DNA of 64,000 nucleotides from Bacillota bacterium (GCA_050260475.1 JBLNCG010000055.1:12135-76134); one strand, 5' to 3'; counted from the stretch's first letter, positions 1 through 9,653 are shown. Notes: a model not told the origin generated them from the letters alone. Program-made: numbers and translations.

Positions 1-836
1 TCTATGGACGGGAGCTCCGTTTCCAGCATCTCCAGCTCCGATCCATACTCCTCTTTCAAAAAGGTGAACAAAAAACGCATCAGGCCGGTTTCCATCTCCA
101 TCACATCGGTGAAATCCCGGATAAAACCCATCTCATAGTCCATGCTGACATACTCGTTCAAATGTCTGGCGGTATTGTGCTTTTCCGCGCGATACACGGG
201 GCCTGCCTCGAAAACCCGCTGGAAAACCCCCACCATCATCTGCTTGTAAAACTGCGGGCTCTGGGCAAGGTAGGCTTCCCTGCCGAAATAATCGATTTTG
301 AAGATATTGGCGCCGCCTTCCGCCCCGGCGCTGACAATCTTCGGCGTCCTTATCTCCGTAAATCCCTGTTCAAACAAGTATTCGCGAAAACCGCGGACCA
401 AACCTTCCTGGATTCTAAAAATCGCCCGTTCACGCGGATTTCTGAGCGCCAGGGGGCGGTAAAAAAGGCTGCTGTCTAAGGAAGCGTCCAGCTTTTTTTT
501 ATTGACGACCAAAGGGAGACCTGCGGCGGGTTTAGACAAAACTTCCGCTCCGGTGAGGTGAAGCTCGAATCCCGCCGCCGCCCTTTCTTCCTTCTTCACT
601 TCGCCCTCGAAAACCACCGCTGCCCCCTCCGGAACATCCTCCAGCTTGAAACGGGCCTTCTCCGCGGCATATACGCATTGACACAAACCGTTCCCCGTCC
701 TTAGAACGATAAAAGCAAAGCCGCCCATCTCCCTGACCTTATGTACCATCCCCGGAATGCGGACGGTTGTACCGATTTTCCTCAATAATTCCGCTCCGGA
801 TAATATTTTCTCAGTCTTACCCATAATAATTTTCAT
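1..836 (-). CDS. aspS: Aspartyl-tRNA synthetase, archaeal/non-discriminating type (aspS2-like); 5' part, runs off window start
   Basis: Not in the ORF track. Manual translation from ATG at 836 (RBS GGGAGGAG): MKIIMGKT...VHKVREMGGFAF...TPKIVSAGAEGGANIFKIDYFGREAYLAQSPQFYKQMMVGVFQRVFEAGPVYRAEKHNTARHLNEY, i.e. class IIb motifs 1 and 2 of AspRS. Confidence 0.92.
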   Translation of the reverse strand, partial: MKIIMGKTEKILSGAELLRKIGTTVRIPGMVHKVREMGGFAFIVLRTGNGLCQCVYAAEKARFKLEDVPEGAAVVFEGEVKKEERAAAGFELHLTGAEVLSKPAAGLPLVVNKKKLDASLDSSLFYRPLALRNPRERAIFRIQEGLVRGFREYLFEQGFTEIRTPKIVSAGAEGGANIFKIDYFGREAYLAQSPQFYKQMMVGVFQRVFEAGPVYRAEKHNTARHLNEYVSMDYEMGFIRDFTDVMEMETGLMRFLFTFLKEEYGSELEMLETELPSI

Positions 837-852
837 AACACTCTCCTCCCCA

Positions 853-1105
853 AATAAAAAAAACCTTCATCCCTTAAGGGACGAGAGGTTTATTTCCCGC
901 GGTGCCACCCATCTTATGCTTTAATAAGCATCATCTTTTACCGTTAACGCCGGCCGGCGGGCGGACTTACTTGCCGTTCGGCTTTCATCCGCCGGCTCCC
1001 GGGTGTCCTTCCCTGCCGTTTCCTTCCTCAAAAGCGCTCCCAGCCCGCGGCGCCTTCTCTCTTCCGAGCGGAACGGAGTACTGTCCCGATCCTTGCCGTT
1101 TATAT
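853..1105 (-). promoter_or_regulatory. T-box riboswitch leader of aspS (Asp specifier GAC)
   Basis: On the minus strand: stem I with AGTA, AGAGA and GCTG elements, specifier GAC at 1005-1007, T-box AAGATGGGTGGCACCGCG, then a terminator hairpin with a U-tract (~853-891). Confidence 0.9.
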
Positions 1106-1113
1106 TGAATATA

Positions 1114-1142
1114 ATTATACGCGGCGGAAATGCGCATGTCAA
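1114..1142 (-). promoter_or_regulatory. SigA promoter of the T-box/aspS transcript
   Basis: Perfect TTGACA-N17-TATAAT on the minus strand. Confidence 0.85.
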
Positions 1143-1291
1143 GCCATGGTTTTTCACATCACGAAAAGTTGCAAAAAAATACATGAAACAACCAAATAAT
1201 CCATGGCAATTTCCCTGCTAAAATTGTTAATATTGATTTAAAAACAGTATGGAACCGTATCCGTAGAAATAACCGGGGAAGGGAACACTAC

Positions 1292-3145
1292 ATGAAGGAC
1301 ACACTGGTTCATTTGGAAGACAATGGCCTCGCTTTTACCATGTTCACCGACGCTTCGGCTATTATTGAGCAAAAATCCACCGGAACTCGCTGGACAATGG
1401 GCCCCGTAGCCCTGCAGGAAGAAGGCCCCATCGATGTGGGGCATGTCTGGCTGCGGCATGATCGTTCCGTCTGCGAGGAATACCCCGGCCGGTTTCAAGG
1501 CTCGCAGGAAGGGAATCGCTTGAAATTCCGGCTGCACGGGCGGCAGGGAAAGTTCATGGGGACGTTCACCTGCAAAATATCCCTGAATAACGGCTGGTTG
1601 GATTTCGAGCTTTCCGATATCGATGAGAACCTGCCGAGCCTTATTTTCCCGACCCCCATTGAATCGGAAAGCCTGGTCATTCCAACCGGAGTGGGACGCT
1701 GGATTAAAAAACCCCTCCCGTACGGCCGCCGTTATTTCTGGCCCATGTACGGCGGTCTAAATATGCGCTGGTTCGGGGGCTTGAACGGCGATGCCGGATG
1801 GCTTGCTATCTTTGGTGATGGGTACGCCGACGCGGGTATCCTCGCGGCCGAGCTCGCCGTCTCCCCGGGCTGGCTCAAATCGTTGGGGCGCTGGACGGGA
1901 TTGCGGAACATCAGGTACGGATTCACCTCCGGGGGCTACGTGGGCCTCGCCAAAACGTACCGCGATTGGGTCCGGGAGCGCGGGCAATTTAAACCCCTCG
2001 CGGAAAAAATGGAGGAATGTCCGGTCTTGCGCAACCTATACGGCGGAAGGATTTTCTCCATAATGCAGGCCAGGGGGCCCCAGAAAATCCGGCAGATGGA
2101 GGAAAGGCTGGTTAAAATCAGCGAAGAGAGCCGGGCAAGCGACGGAAAACCCCGAATCGCCTTCACCCATCGGGAAACCGCGGATTTAATCAAAGAGGCG
2201 CAGAACCTGGGCATGAAAAAAGGACTGGTGATTATACGGGGGTGGATCAAAGACGGCTATGACGGATCCCACCCGGATATCTGGCCGCCGGAGCCGGCTT
2301 TGGGGAATATCGAAAGCCTGAAGGAGATTTGCCATATTAAAGATCCCTATTTTACCGCCCTGCATGACAACTATCAGGATATGTATGAAGGCGTAGAGAG
2401 TTGGCCGGAAGGCGTCATCCGGATGCCCGATCAAAGTTTGATGCCGGGCGGGTTTTGGGCCGGGGGGCAGGCTTACATCATCAACCCGCGGGATGGATTG
2501 ACATACGCGAGGAGAAACTGGGAGCGCATCAAAACCCTCGAACCGCGCGCCATGTTTATAGATACCACCACCGCAGTCCAGGCCTATCAGTCCTACGAGC
2601 CGGGCAACATGCTCACCCGGGCGGAGGATATCGAATATAAACGAGAATTATTGCGCTTTTACAAAGGCAAAGGGCTGGCGCTCGGCAGCGAAGAGGCGGC
2701 TGACTTCGGTGTTCCGTATGTGGATTGGCAGGAGACCCGCCACAGGCGGACCGCCGGCGAATCTATCCCACTCTGGCCCCTGGTTTTCCACGACGCGGCA
2801 TTTTGCGCCCGATACAGCCAGCATATACCGCAGGATCCCTGGCCGAACCCGTCTCCCCCTTGGCTGGCGGATATGCTCTGGGGATATTTGCTGCTCTGGG
2901 GGGTTTATGCCCGGAAAGGATGGGATGAACGTAAAAAATCCTTTTCCTCCACTTTTCATGTAGATGATTGGCACCGGCGCATCGGGACAGGTGAGATGAT
3001 AAGCCACCGTTATCTGACGGAAGATTGCGAAGTCGAGGAAACCGTCTTTTCCCCCGGCGAAGCCATCATAACCAATTTTTCCGCCGAAGACCGAAGCGTT
3101 GAAGGGATAACCGTCTCTGCGGGTGGATATTCAATTAGAGCCTGA
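1292..3145 (+). CDS. DUF5696 / GH129-GH101-like glycoside hydrolase
   Basis: 617 aa with motifs GYVGLAKTYR, GW..GYD..HPD..PP, LHDNYQDMY, FIDTT, LGSEE and IPLWPLVFHDA, typical of the GH129/GH101-like fold; no signal peptide visible. Confidence 0.6.
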   Translation: MKDTLVHLEDNGLAFTMFTDASAIIEQKSTGTRWTMGPVALQEEGPIDVGHVWLRHDRSVCEEYPGRFQGSQEGNRLKFRLHGRQGKFMGTFTCKISLNNGWLDFELSDIDENLPSLIFPTPIESESLVIPTGVGRWIKKPLPYGRRYFWPMYGGLNMRWFGGLNGDAGWLAIFGDGYADAGILAAELAVSPGWLKSLGRWTGLRNIRYGFTSGGYVGLAKTYRDWVRERGQFKPLAEKMEECPVLRNLYGGRIFSIMQARGPQKIRQMEERLVKISEESRASDGKPRIAFTHRETADLIKEAQNLGMKKGLVIIRGWIKDGYDGSHPDIWPPEPALGNIESLKEICHIKDPYFTALHDNYQDMYEGVESWPEGVIRMPDQSLMPGGFWAGGQAYIINPRDGLTYARRNWERIKTLEPRAMFIDTTTAVQAYQSYEPGNMLTRAEDIEYKRELLRFYKGKGLALGSEEAADFGVPYVDWQETRHRRTAGESIPLWPLVFHDAAFCARYSQHIPQDPWPNPSPPWLADMLWGYLLLWGVYARKGWDERKKSFSSTFHVDDWHRRIGTGEMISHRYLTEDCEVEETVFSPGEAIITNFSAEDRSVEGITVSAGGYSIRA

Positions 3146-3247
3146 ATAAAAAAATCCCCGGCAATTTCTCCGCCGGGGTATATCAACCGCTGATGAACAC
3201 GACTAAACGCGAATTGCACTATACTGTCCACTGATCACCGTTTCCTG

Positions 3248-3778
3248 CTATTTCACCAATTCCGCTCCCCTGCTTAAAGCCTGACGGTTCATTTCCAGCA
3301 TATCCCTGCGCTTGGCGGAAAGTTTTTCCTCCAGGGCGGTAAGCACCGTTTCCACCTTGACCACATTTCTTCTGGCCAGCAAACTTCCCAGCATTACCAT
3401 ATTAGCGATTTTCACCGAACCCAGTTCATCGGCTATGGCGTTAGCAGGCACCGGAAACGATTCCAGATCGTTTTCCGGCTGAAAAAGGGAACTGTTATAA
3501 AAAAGGATTCCGTCTTCGCTCAGCATGGGATGAAATTTCTCATACGAAGGCCTGTTCAAGGCAATGACGATATTTGGAGTGGATAATACCGGGGAACCCA
3601 CTTCCTCATCGGAAATCACCACCGAACAGTTGGCGGTTCCGCCGCGCATTTCAGGCCCGTATGCGGGAAAATACGATACGTTTTTCCCTTCCACCATGCC
3701 CGCGTAAGCCAATAATTGCCCAAGCATCAGCACTCCCTGGCCGCCGAATCCGGCGATAACGATTTCATAATGCGCCAT
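3248..3778 (-). CDS. 2-oxoacid:ferredoxin oxidoreductase gamma subunit
   Basis: [21 protein letters not shown] and NMVMLG motifs. Confidence 0.92.
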   Translation of the reverse strand: MAHYEIVIAGFGGQGVLMLGQLLAYAGMVEGKNVSYFPAYGPEMRGGTANCSVVISDEEVGSPVLSTPNIVIALNRPSYEKFHPMLSEDGILFYNSSLFQPENDLESFPVPANAIADELGSVKIANMVMLGSLLARRNVVKVETVLTALEEKLSAKRRDMLEMNRQALSRGAELVK

Positions 3779-4529
3779 CTGCCTTCACCTCCGGTTCCCT
3801 GTATACACCCAGGGGATACTGCGGGAGCATATTCTCTTCCAGCCATTTAAGGGCCTCCGCCGGGCTCATCCCCCAGTTTGTGGAACATGTGGAAAGCACC
3901 TCCACCATGGAAAAGCCCAGACCCGCCTCCTGCGCCTGAAAAGCTTTTTTTATGGCCTTTCTGGCTTTCATCACTTCCTTGGGGTTATGCACGGATACCC
4001 GCTCGATATATGCCGCACCCGGGATGGTGGCGAGCATTTCCGAGACCTGCAGGGGGTATCCGACTTTTTGGGGATCCCTTCCCGTGGGAGAGGTGGTGGT
4101 TTTCTGGCCTACCAGCGTGGTGGGAGCCATCTGGCCTCCCGTCATACCATAAATTGCGTTATTGATGAATATCACGGTGATCTTCTCGCCCCGCATTGCG
4201 GCATGTACGATTTCCGCGGCGCCGATGGAAGCGAGATCCCCATCCCCCTGATATGTGAAAACCAGGTTCCCCGGGTGCACCCTTTTGGCCCCCGTGGCCA
4301 CCGCCGGAGCTCTCCCGTGCGCAGCCTGATACATATCAAAATCATAATACCTGTAGGCAAATACAGCGCAACCTACCGGCGCGATCCCCACTACCCTTTC
4401 TTGTATCCCGAGATCATCGACGACCTCCGCGATAAGGCGGTGTATGATGCCATGGGTACATCCGGGACAATAATGGAAAGGCGTTTCGCTCATGCTTTTG
4501 GGCCGCGTGAAAAGCACTTGTGTCGCCAA
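3765..4529 (-). CDS. 2-oxoacid:ferredoxin oxidoreductase beta (TPP-binding) subunit
   Basis: YCPGCTHG, PVGC, AAHGRAPA, GDGD and NNAIYGMTGGQ motifs; start reassigned to TTG 4529 behind AAGGAGG. Confidence 0.92.
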   Translation of the reverse strand: MATQVLFTRPKSMSETPFHYCPGCTHGIIHRLIAEVVDDLGIQERVVGIAPVGCAVFAYRYYDFDMYQAAHGRAPAVATGAKRVHPGNLVFTYQGDGDLASIGAAEIVHAAMRGEKITVIFINNAIYGMTGGQMAPTTLVGQKTTTSPTGRDPQKVGYPLQVSEMLATIPGAAYIERVSVHNPKEVMKARKAIKKAFQAQEAGLGFSMVEVLSTCSTNWGMSPAEALKWLEENMLPQYPLGVYREPEVKADGAL

Positions 4530-4545
4530 TGGATATCCCTCCTTT

Positions 4546-5592
4546 TTAAAAACCTTTGATGGCCTCATATAGTTCCGGCACTGTCGGAAGCGTACCGGCG
4601 ACTTTTCCATAAAAACGAACCTGCGCCCTGCCGTTGACGGCAAGTCTTACATCCTCCACCATCTGGCCATTGCTTATCTCCGCCGCCAGAAACTTCTTGC
4701 CCATTCCTGCGAGCCTGTCGATTTCCCCGGACGGGAAAGGCCAAAGGGTGATCGGCCGCAGCAGGCCGACTTTTATTCCGGCTTTTCTGGCTTTGGATAT
4801 GGCGGATTTGGCGATACGGGAAGTAGTGCCGTAAGCTACCACGATAATCTCATCCTCGTCGGTATAGCACTTTTCAAAGCGGACCTCTTGCCGGGAAATC
4901 TTCTGATATTTCTCTTTGAGGCGAAGATTTATTTCCTCCATCAGATTGCTGGGTATCCCCACCGAACTGATGAGGTTGGCGGGGCGGTCTTTCTTGCCGC
5001 TGGCGGCCCAGGTTTTTACGGGCAGATCCGAGGCGGATTTTCCATCCTTCATTACCACCGGTTCCATCATCTGACCGATGATGGCGTCCGTCAGAATCAT
5101 GACCGGATTGCGGTACTGATCCGCAAGATCAAAGGCCAAGCTTGCGAAGTCGTACATTTCCTGAACGGACGCAGGGGCCAGCACGATCAACCGGTAATCG
5201 CCGTGCCCTCCTCCTTTGGTAGCCTGGAAATAATCAGCCTGTGAAGGATCAAGACCCCCAAGCCCCGGGCCGCCGCGCATCACGTTTACAACCAGACACG
5301 GAACCTCCGCTCCGGCGATATAGGATATTCCTTCCTGTTTCAAGCTGATGCCGGGGCTGGATGATGACGTCATTACCCGGGCGCCGGCCCCCCCCGCGCC
5401 GAAAACCATATTGATCGCACTGACCTCGCTTTCAGCCTGTAAAAATGTCCCGCCCACCTCCGGCATTCTCCGTGCCATATACTCCGGCACTTCATTCTGG
5501 GGAGTGATGGGATATCCGAAGAAAAAGCGGCAGCCCGCCTTTAATGCTCCTTCCGCCACAGCCTCGTTTCCTTTCATCATCACTTTTTCCAT
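4546..5592 (-). CDS. vorB: 2-oxoacid (3-methyl-2-oxobutanoate-type):ferredoxin oxidoreductase alpha subunit
   Basis: MKGNEA, GYPITPQNE, QAESE, TSSSSPG and KGGGHGDY motifs. Confidence 0.88.
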   Translation of the reverse strand: MEKVMMKGNEAVAEGALKAGCRFFFGYPITPQNEVPEYMARRMPEVGGTFLQAESEVSAINMVFGAGGAGARVMTSSSSPGISLKQEGISYIAGAEVPCLVVNVMRGGPGLGGLDPSQADYFQATKGGGHGDYRLIVLAPASVQEMYDFASLAFDLADQYRNPVMILTDAIIGQMMEPVVMKDGKSASDLPVKTWAASGKKDRPANLISSVGIPSNLMEEINLRLKEKYQKISRQEVRFEKCYTDEDEIIVVAYGTTSRIAKSAISKARKAGIKVGLLRPITLWPFPSGEIDRLAGMGKKFLAAEISNGQMVEDVRLAVNGRAQVRFYGKVAGTLPTVPELYEAIKGF

Positions 5593-5616
5593 GAAAGTCC
5601 CTCCTTTCTGCCCATC

Positions 5617-5844
5617 TCACTCATTTCCCCGGCTTTCCTTGCAAACCGCGATCGCCACATCCGGGCACATCAAAGCGCAAAAAGTACATGATATGCAAGC
5701 CTGTTCATCCGTAACCTCCGCGGGGTGGTAACCCTGTCTGTTGAAACGATCGGAAAGCCGCAGGATCTTTTTAGGGCAGACCGCAACGCATAATTCGCAC
5801 CCCTTGCAAAGACCCTCATTGATTTGCACTTTCACCGGCATCAC
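5617..5844 (-). CDS. 2[4Fe-4S] ferredoxin (delta subunit)
   Basis: Two CxxCxxCxxxCP motifs. Confidence 0.92.
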   Translation of the reverse strand: MMPVKVQINEGLCKGCELCVAVCPKKILRLSDRFNRQGYHPAEVTDEQACISCTFCALMCPDVAIAVCKESRGNE

Positions 5845-6512
5845 CTCCCTTCGAACTCCCAGGGCGGTTTGACCATTAATTTCAAATAAAGCAACTCTTC
5901 TGTATAGTTATCCTGCCTGATCCGGTCCCGCAGTCCGGGCCCTACCGTGGTATACAGCAGGGGCTTGTCCATGGATTGGGCCACTTTAAACACGGTTTCT
6001 CTTCCGAAGAGCCAATCCCCTGCCGTTGTCTCATTCCCCAGATTGGGATTGGCGATTAGGCCGTGGATCTTCAGACGGCTTTTATTCTCCATTTTCTCCG
6101 CGAGCCGTCCGATTGTCCGGGCATTGCGGCTGTCCGGGCGGTATGGATTTATTACCATCAGCATCCTGTAGCCCGCCTGGTTGAAAAAAGAAGAGAACCG
6201 TCCCAGCACTCGCGATCCGGACTCATCCCCGCCTATATCGAATACCGCCGGATCCTCCCTCTCGATTGTTCCGTAAATCGCGGGTGAAAGCGCCGGCAAA
6301 TCCGCCTCATAACCCAAAGAATTGCTCAGAACGGCTATCCCCGCGGTCCGCAAAGTTTCAACCAATTCTCTGGAGCGGAAGTAGGGTTTGGTAATATCCA
6401 AATCCACCAGACTAACCGGGCGGGTTCCGCTCTCAGAAAGCTTCAGGGCAAAATGCAAGGCCAGCTCAGTTTTACCGCTGCCCCAGGCCCCTATGACAAT
6501 CAAGTTTTTCAT
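5841..6512 (-). CDS. Conserved P-loop NTPase (MinD/CobQ-like) leading the vor operon
   Basis: Walker [22 protein letters not shown] and DIGGD; overlaps the ferredoxin start. Confidence 0.7.
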   Translation of the reverse strand: MKNLIVIGAWGSGKTELALHFALKLSESGTRPVSLVDLDITKPYFRSRELVETLRTAGIAVLSNSLGYEADLPALSPAIYGTIEREDPAVFDIGGDESGSRVLGRFSSFFNQAGYRMLMVINPYRPDSRNARTIGRLAEKMENKSRLKIHGLIANPNLGNETTAGDWLFGRETVFKVAQSMDKPLLYTTVGPGLRDRIRQDNYTEELLYLKLMVKPPWEFEGR

Positions 6513-6655
6513 CCATACCTCATAAACGAAATCAGCTTCCCTGCGGATTTACTTGTTTATTCCTATTATAACTGTTAATTTTTCAGATTACCAGGGGAAT
6601 TTTTTGAATGTGAGGGAGAATAATCTTTTCAATAGTCCAATCGCCGGTTTACTAA

Positions 6656-6869
6656 AAGGAAAATGCGTTGTTGCCTTAATGCCAGGTCTTGCCGCTGAAT
6701 ATAGTGTACGGCTACCATTAGGCTATCGGTATAGAAAATAGTTGCCTCATTTATTCCAATTAGCTTTAGGCTTTCTTTTCTTGAAATTTAAACTGTTGCC
6801 TAAAAGTTTGGATTTGCACAACGCTTTTAGCGGCAAGACGCAAAATTATCATAACACCGCAAATTGCTC
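6656..6869 (+). mobile_element. ~120-bp palindromic MITE-like element, copy 1 (with ~94-bp internal insert)
   Basis: Matches the family consensus at both ends; extra sequence at 6733-6826; flanks actaa/cataa. Confidence 0.8.
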
Positions 6870-6933
6870 CATAAGAAAAAACCCCTTGTTACAGGGGCCT
6901 TTTCCGTTAAGGAAAACCTGTTTGCGGCCTTCC

Positions 6934-7200
6934 TCATTGATCCACAACCTCCAGCATACCGTGAGCGACCGCGAAGAGCACAATCTGTGCACGGTTTTTC
7001 AAACCAAGCTTTTTTCTCAACGATGTCACGTAATTTTTTACGGTTTTATCGCTTAAAAAAAGTCTTTTGCTTATTTCATGGTTATCCAAACCCTGAATCA
7101 CCAGATCGAAAACTTCCCGCTCACGTGGGCCCAGAACCTGCAATGGATGAGCCGCCTGGTTCAAGGCCAGCTTTGAAACTACCTGTAGCATCCTCTTCAC
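6934..7200 (-). CDS. Stand-alone LuxR-type HTH regulator, GerE-like
   Basis: 88 aa: REREVFDLVIQG..EISKRLFLSDKTVKNYV...KLGLKNRAQ; no receiver domain. Confidence 0.8.
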   Translation of the reverse strand: MKRMLQVVSKLALNQAAHPLQVLGPREREVFDLVIQGLDNHEISKRLFLSDKTVKNYVTSLRKKLGLKNRAQIVLFAVAHGMLEVVDQ

Positions 7201-7305
7201 TCCCCGGCTTCCTCTTCGGCAAGCTGGAGTGAACCGCCTTCACTCCCTTTTCGGCTTCGGTGAGCCGAACTGCTCACCGAGTCGGAACTAATCATCCTCT
7301 AGCCA

Positions 7306-7334
7306 TATCGTATGATATATATACCGGCTTTGCT
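7306..7334 (-). promoter_or_regulatory. SigK-type promoter upstream of the GerE-like gene
   Basis: AGCA-N16-CATACGATA on the minus strand (consensus mACm-N16-CATAnnnTA; -35 imperfect). Confidence 0.5.
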
Positions 7335-7419
7335 ACAGATCCGGCCCCATTAAATTACATTGGTCCGCCTTCTCCATATCCATCGGATTTAAGGAAACCG
7401 GTGCCTAAAACGAGGAATT

Positions 7420-8526
7420 TCAACAAATCTCCTCATAAACATCGATGGTTTCCTTTGCAGCCGCTTCCCAGTCAAATCTCCGGTTGCATAAAAGTCCTTC
7501 AGCGCTAAGCTTGCGGACCAGGGTTTCATCCGTGGCCAGCATCCGCATCGCCTCCTCGATCTCCGCCGGTCGGTAGGGATTTACCAGAATAGCACTTTTG
7601 CTTACGATTTCAGGCATGGAGGAGACGTTTCCCGCAATGCACGGGATACCGCACGCCATCGCTTCCACCAAAGGCAGGCCGAATCCTTCGTATAAGGAAG
7701 GATATACAAGCGCCCGCGCGCCGTTATAAAGATAAGGCATTTCCTCCACCGGCACGAGCCCGGTCAGGATAACCTTGCCCTTCAGATTATAATATCCGAT
7801 AAGCTTTACGCATTCATCAAAACATCCTCCGTCAGGTCTTCCCACCACAGCAAGCTGGTATCCGGGAATTCTGGAATTTAACCGCGACAGGGATTTGATG
7901 ACAGCCAGCGCATTCTTTCGCCGGGAAAAACCACCCACATGTAAAAAATATCTGCCGGATTTTAAACCGTATTTGTCCAACACTTGGCGCCCGCTCTCGT
8001 CCATGGGGAGGGGGCGGTACACGGGATCCGCGGCCTCGTATATGATGCGTATTTTATCTTCCCGCACGCGCAGTATGCGCATGATATCATCTTTTGTCTG
8101 CATCGAAACGGCTATAATCATCCTGGCTTTTTCCACAATCCGGGGGACCATTTCCAAAAACAACCGCAGGTAAACCCGGCTGCACGTTTGCGGAAGTATA
8201 TACGGGATGAGATCATGGATCGTTACCACAAGAGGGGTTTTCGCCCACAATGCGGGCAGGCCGAAGCCATTTTGAGGATTATGATAAATATCCATCTTGC
8301 GCAGTGTGTGGCCGGCATCATCCTGCAGAGCCTGCCAGAAATTAATTTTTTTCAGGCGTATGGCAGGCTGGCAGGAGTTTAATTCTTCCAATTTTTCGCC
8401 CAGTGGTATGAATTGATGCTTTTCCCCGGCTATCCTGCTCAAATTATGCCACAACTGGTAGGTATAGGTTCCGATACCGCTTGCCCGGTACCATATTGCG
8501 GCCCTGACATCCAGACCAAGCCGCAT
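7420..8526 (-). CDS. Glycosyltransferase family 4 (CotSA-like)
   Basis: GIGTY, TIHDLIP and YPSLYEGFGLPLVEAMACG motifs; start at ATG 8526 behind GGAGG. Confidence 0.88.
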   Translation of the reverse strand: MRLGLDVRAAIWYRASGIGTYTYQLWHNLSRIAGEKHQFIPLGEKLEELNSCQPAIRLKKINFWQALQDDAGHTLRKMDIYHNPQNGFGLPALWAKTPLVVTIHDLIPYILPQTCSRVYLRLFLEMVPRIVEKARMIIAVSMQTKDDIMRILRVREDKIRIIYEAADPVYRPLPMDESGRQVLDKYGLKSGRYFLHVGGFSRRKNALAVIKSLSRLNSRIPGYQLAVVGRPDGGCFDECVKLIGYYNLKGKVILTGLVPVEEMPYLYNGARALVYPSLYEGFGLPLVEAMACGIPCIAGNVSSMPEIVSKSAILVNPYRPAEIEEAMRMLATDETLVRKLSAEGLLCNRRFDWEAAAKETIDVYEEIC

Positions 8527-8567
8527 CCAATCCCTCCTTTCCATAAACCGTAAAAAGCCCTCCGTCT

Positions 8568-9653
8568 TTAGAGATATTTTTGCAGCCCGGCTTTGTTGAT
8601 TTTATTGATGAGTTTTTTGATCTCCTGATCCCGGTTCTTATCGCAGATCAGAATCACATCATCGGTGTTTACGATGATGAGATTGCGCAGCCCCAGCGTG
8701 GCCACAAGTTTATTTCCCGCATCGATCAGGCAGTTGCTGGTGTCATATGAGACGGACATGCCGAGGCAGACATTCCTGTCCTCATCCTTCTGCAAGGCCC
8801 GATCCAGGGCGGACCAGCTTCCCACATCATCCCAACTGAAGGTAGACGGCACCATCAGGATTCCCTTTTCCTTTTCCGTAATGGAATAGTCGAAAGAAAT
8901 CGCCGGTATCTTCAAGTACTCCTCCGCCTCAATCTTCAGCGATTGGCCCGCCCGGCGGGAAACCATCTCCTGCAGCGTCCGGTATATTCCGGGCTGATGT
9001 TTAATAAAAACGCCCTCCAGCGCCACCAGCGTAGCGATATAGATCCCCGTGTTCCAGTAATAGGCTCCGCTTTCCATATAGCTTTGCGCTTTTTTGTGAT
9101 CCGGCTTCTCCTTGAATTTATCCACCAGATACAGGGAAATCCCGTTTTTCGTATACAGCTTGTCGGCGCATTTAATATAACCGTAAGCTGTTTCAGGCCT
9201 CGTGGGCTTGACCCCCAGCATCGTGATCCTGCCGGTTTGTTCCGCGGCCTCCACCGCCAGTTTCAGGTGGGTCAAAAAAGATGATTCATCGGAAATGATA
9301 TGATCCGCCGGTAAAACCACCAGCGTGCCGTCGGCGTCATATTGTTTTAAAAATAAAGCGGCAAGGCCGATAGCCGGCCCGGTATCCCTGGGGGTCGGTT
9401 CAAAAATAAAATTCTGCGGGGGTATAAACGGCAACTGTTCCCTGACGACCTCCGCAAATTCGTCCGACGTGGCTATAAATGTCTGCGCCTCCGGGATCAA
9501 ACGGTTTATCCTGTTGACGGTGGATTGCAGCAGCGACTGCCCTCCTTTCACCGCCCAAAGCTGCTTGGGCGCCCATTTCCGGCACCGCGGCCACAGCCGC
9601 GTCCCTCCGCCCCCGGCCATTATCAAAGTAAATAGCACCGGCATTCCCCCCAT
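8568..9653 (-). CDS. manC: Mannose-1-phosphate guanylyltransferase
   Basis: IMAGGGGTRLWP...PKQ, LPADH, ETAYGYI, FKEKP and WDDVGSW motifs; exact start uncertain. Confidence 0.88.
   Translation of the reverse strand: MGGMPVLFTLIMAGGGGTRLWPRCRKWAPKQLWAVKGGQSLLQSTVNRINRLIPEAQTFIATSDEFAEVVREQLPFIPPQNFIFEPTPRDTGPAIGLAALFLKQYDADGTLVVLPADHIISDESSFLTHLKLAVEAAEQTGRITMLGVKPTRPETAYGYIKCADKLYTKNGISLYLVDKFKEKPDHKKAQSYMESGAYYWNTGIYIATLVALEGVFIKHQPGIYRTLQEMVSRRAGQSLKIEAEEYLKIPAISFDYSITEKEKGILMVPSTFSWDDVGSWSALDRALQKDEDRNVCLGMSVSYDTSNCLIDAGNKLVATLGLRNLIIVNTDDVILICDKNRDQEIKKLINKINKAGLQKYL

Noticed and set aside
162-479. 105-aa plus-strand ORF
   Set aside because: It is an antisense shadow of aspS.
902-1221. 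ORF-track ORFs at 902-1221
   Set aside because: They overlap the T-box leader and promoter and have no RBS or recognisable motifs.
6560-6650. Rex or CodY operator upstream of the vor operon
   Set aside because: Only partial matches in AT-rich DNA; not distinguishable from chance.
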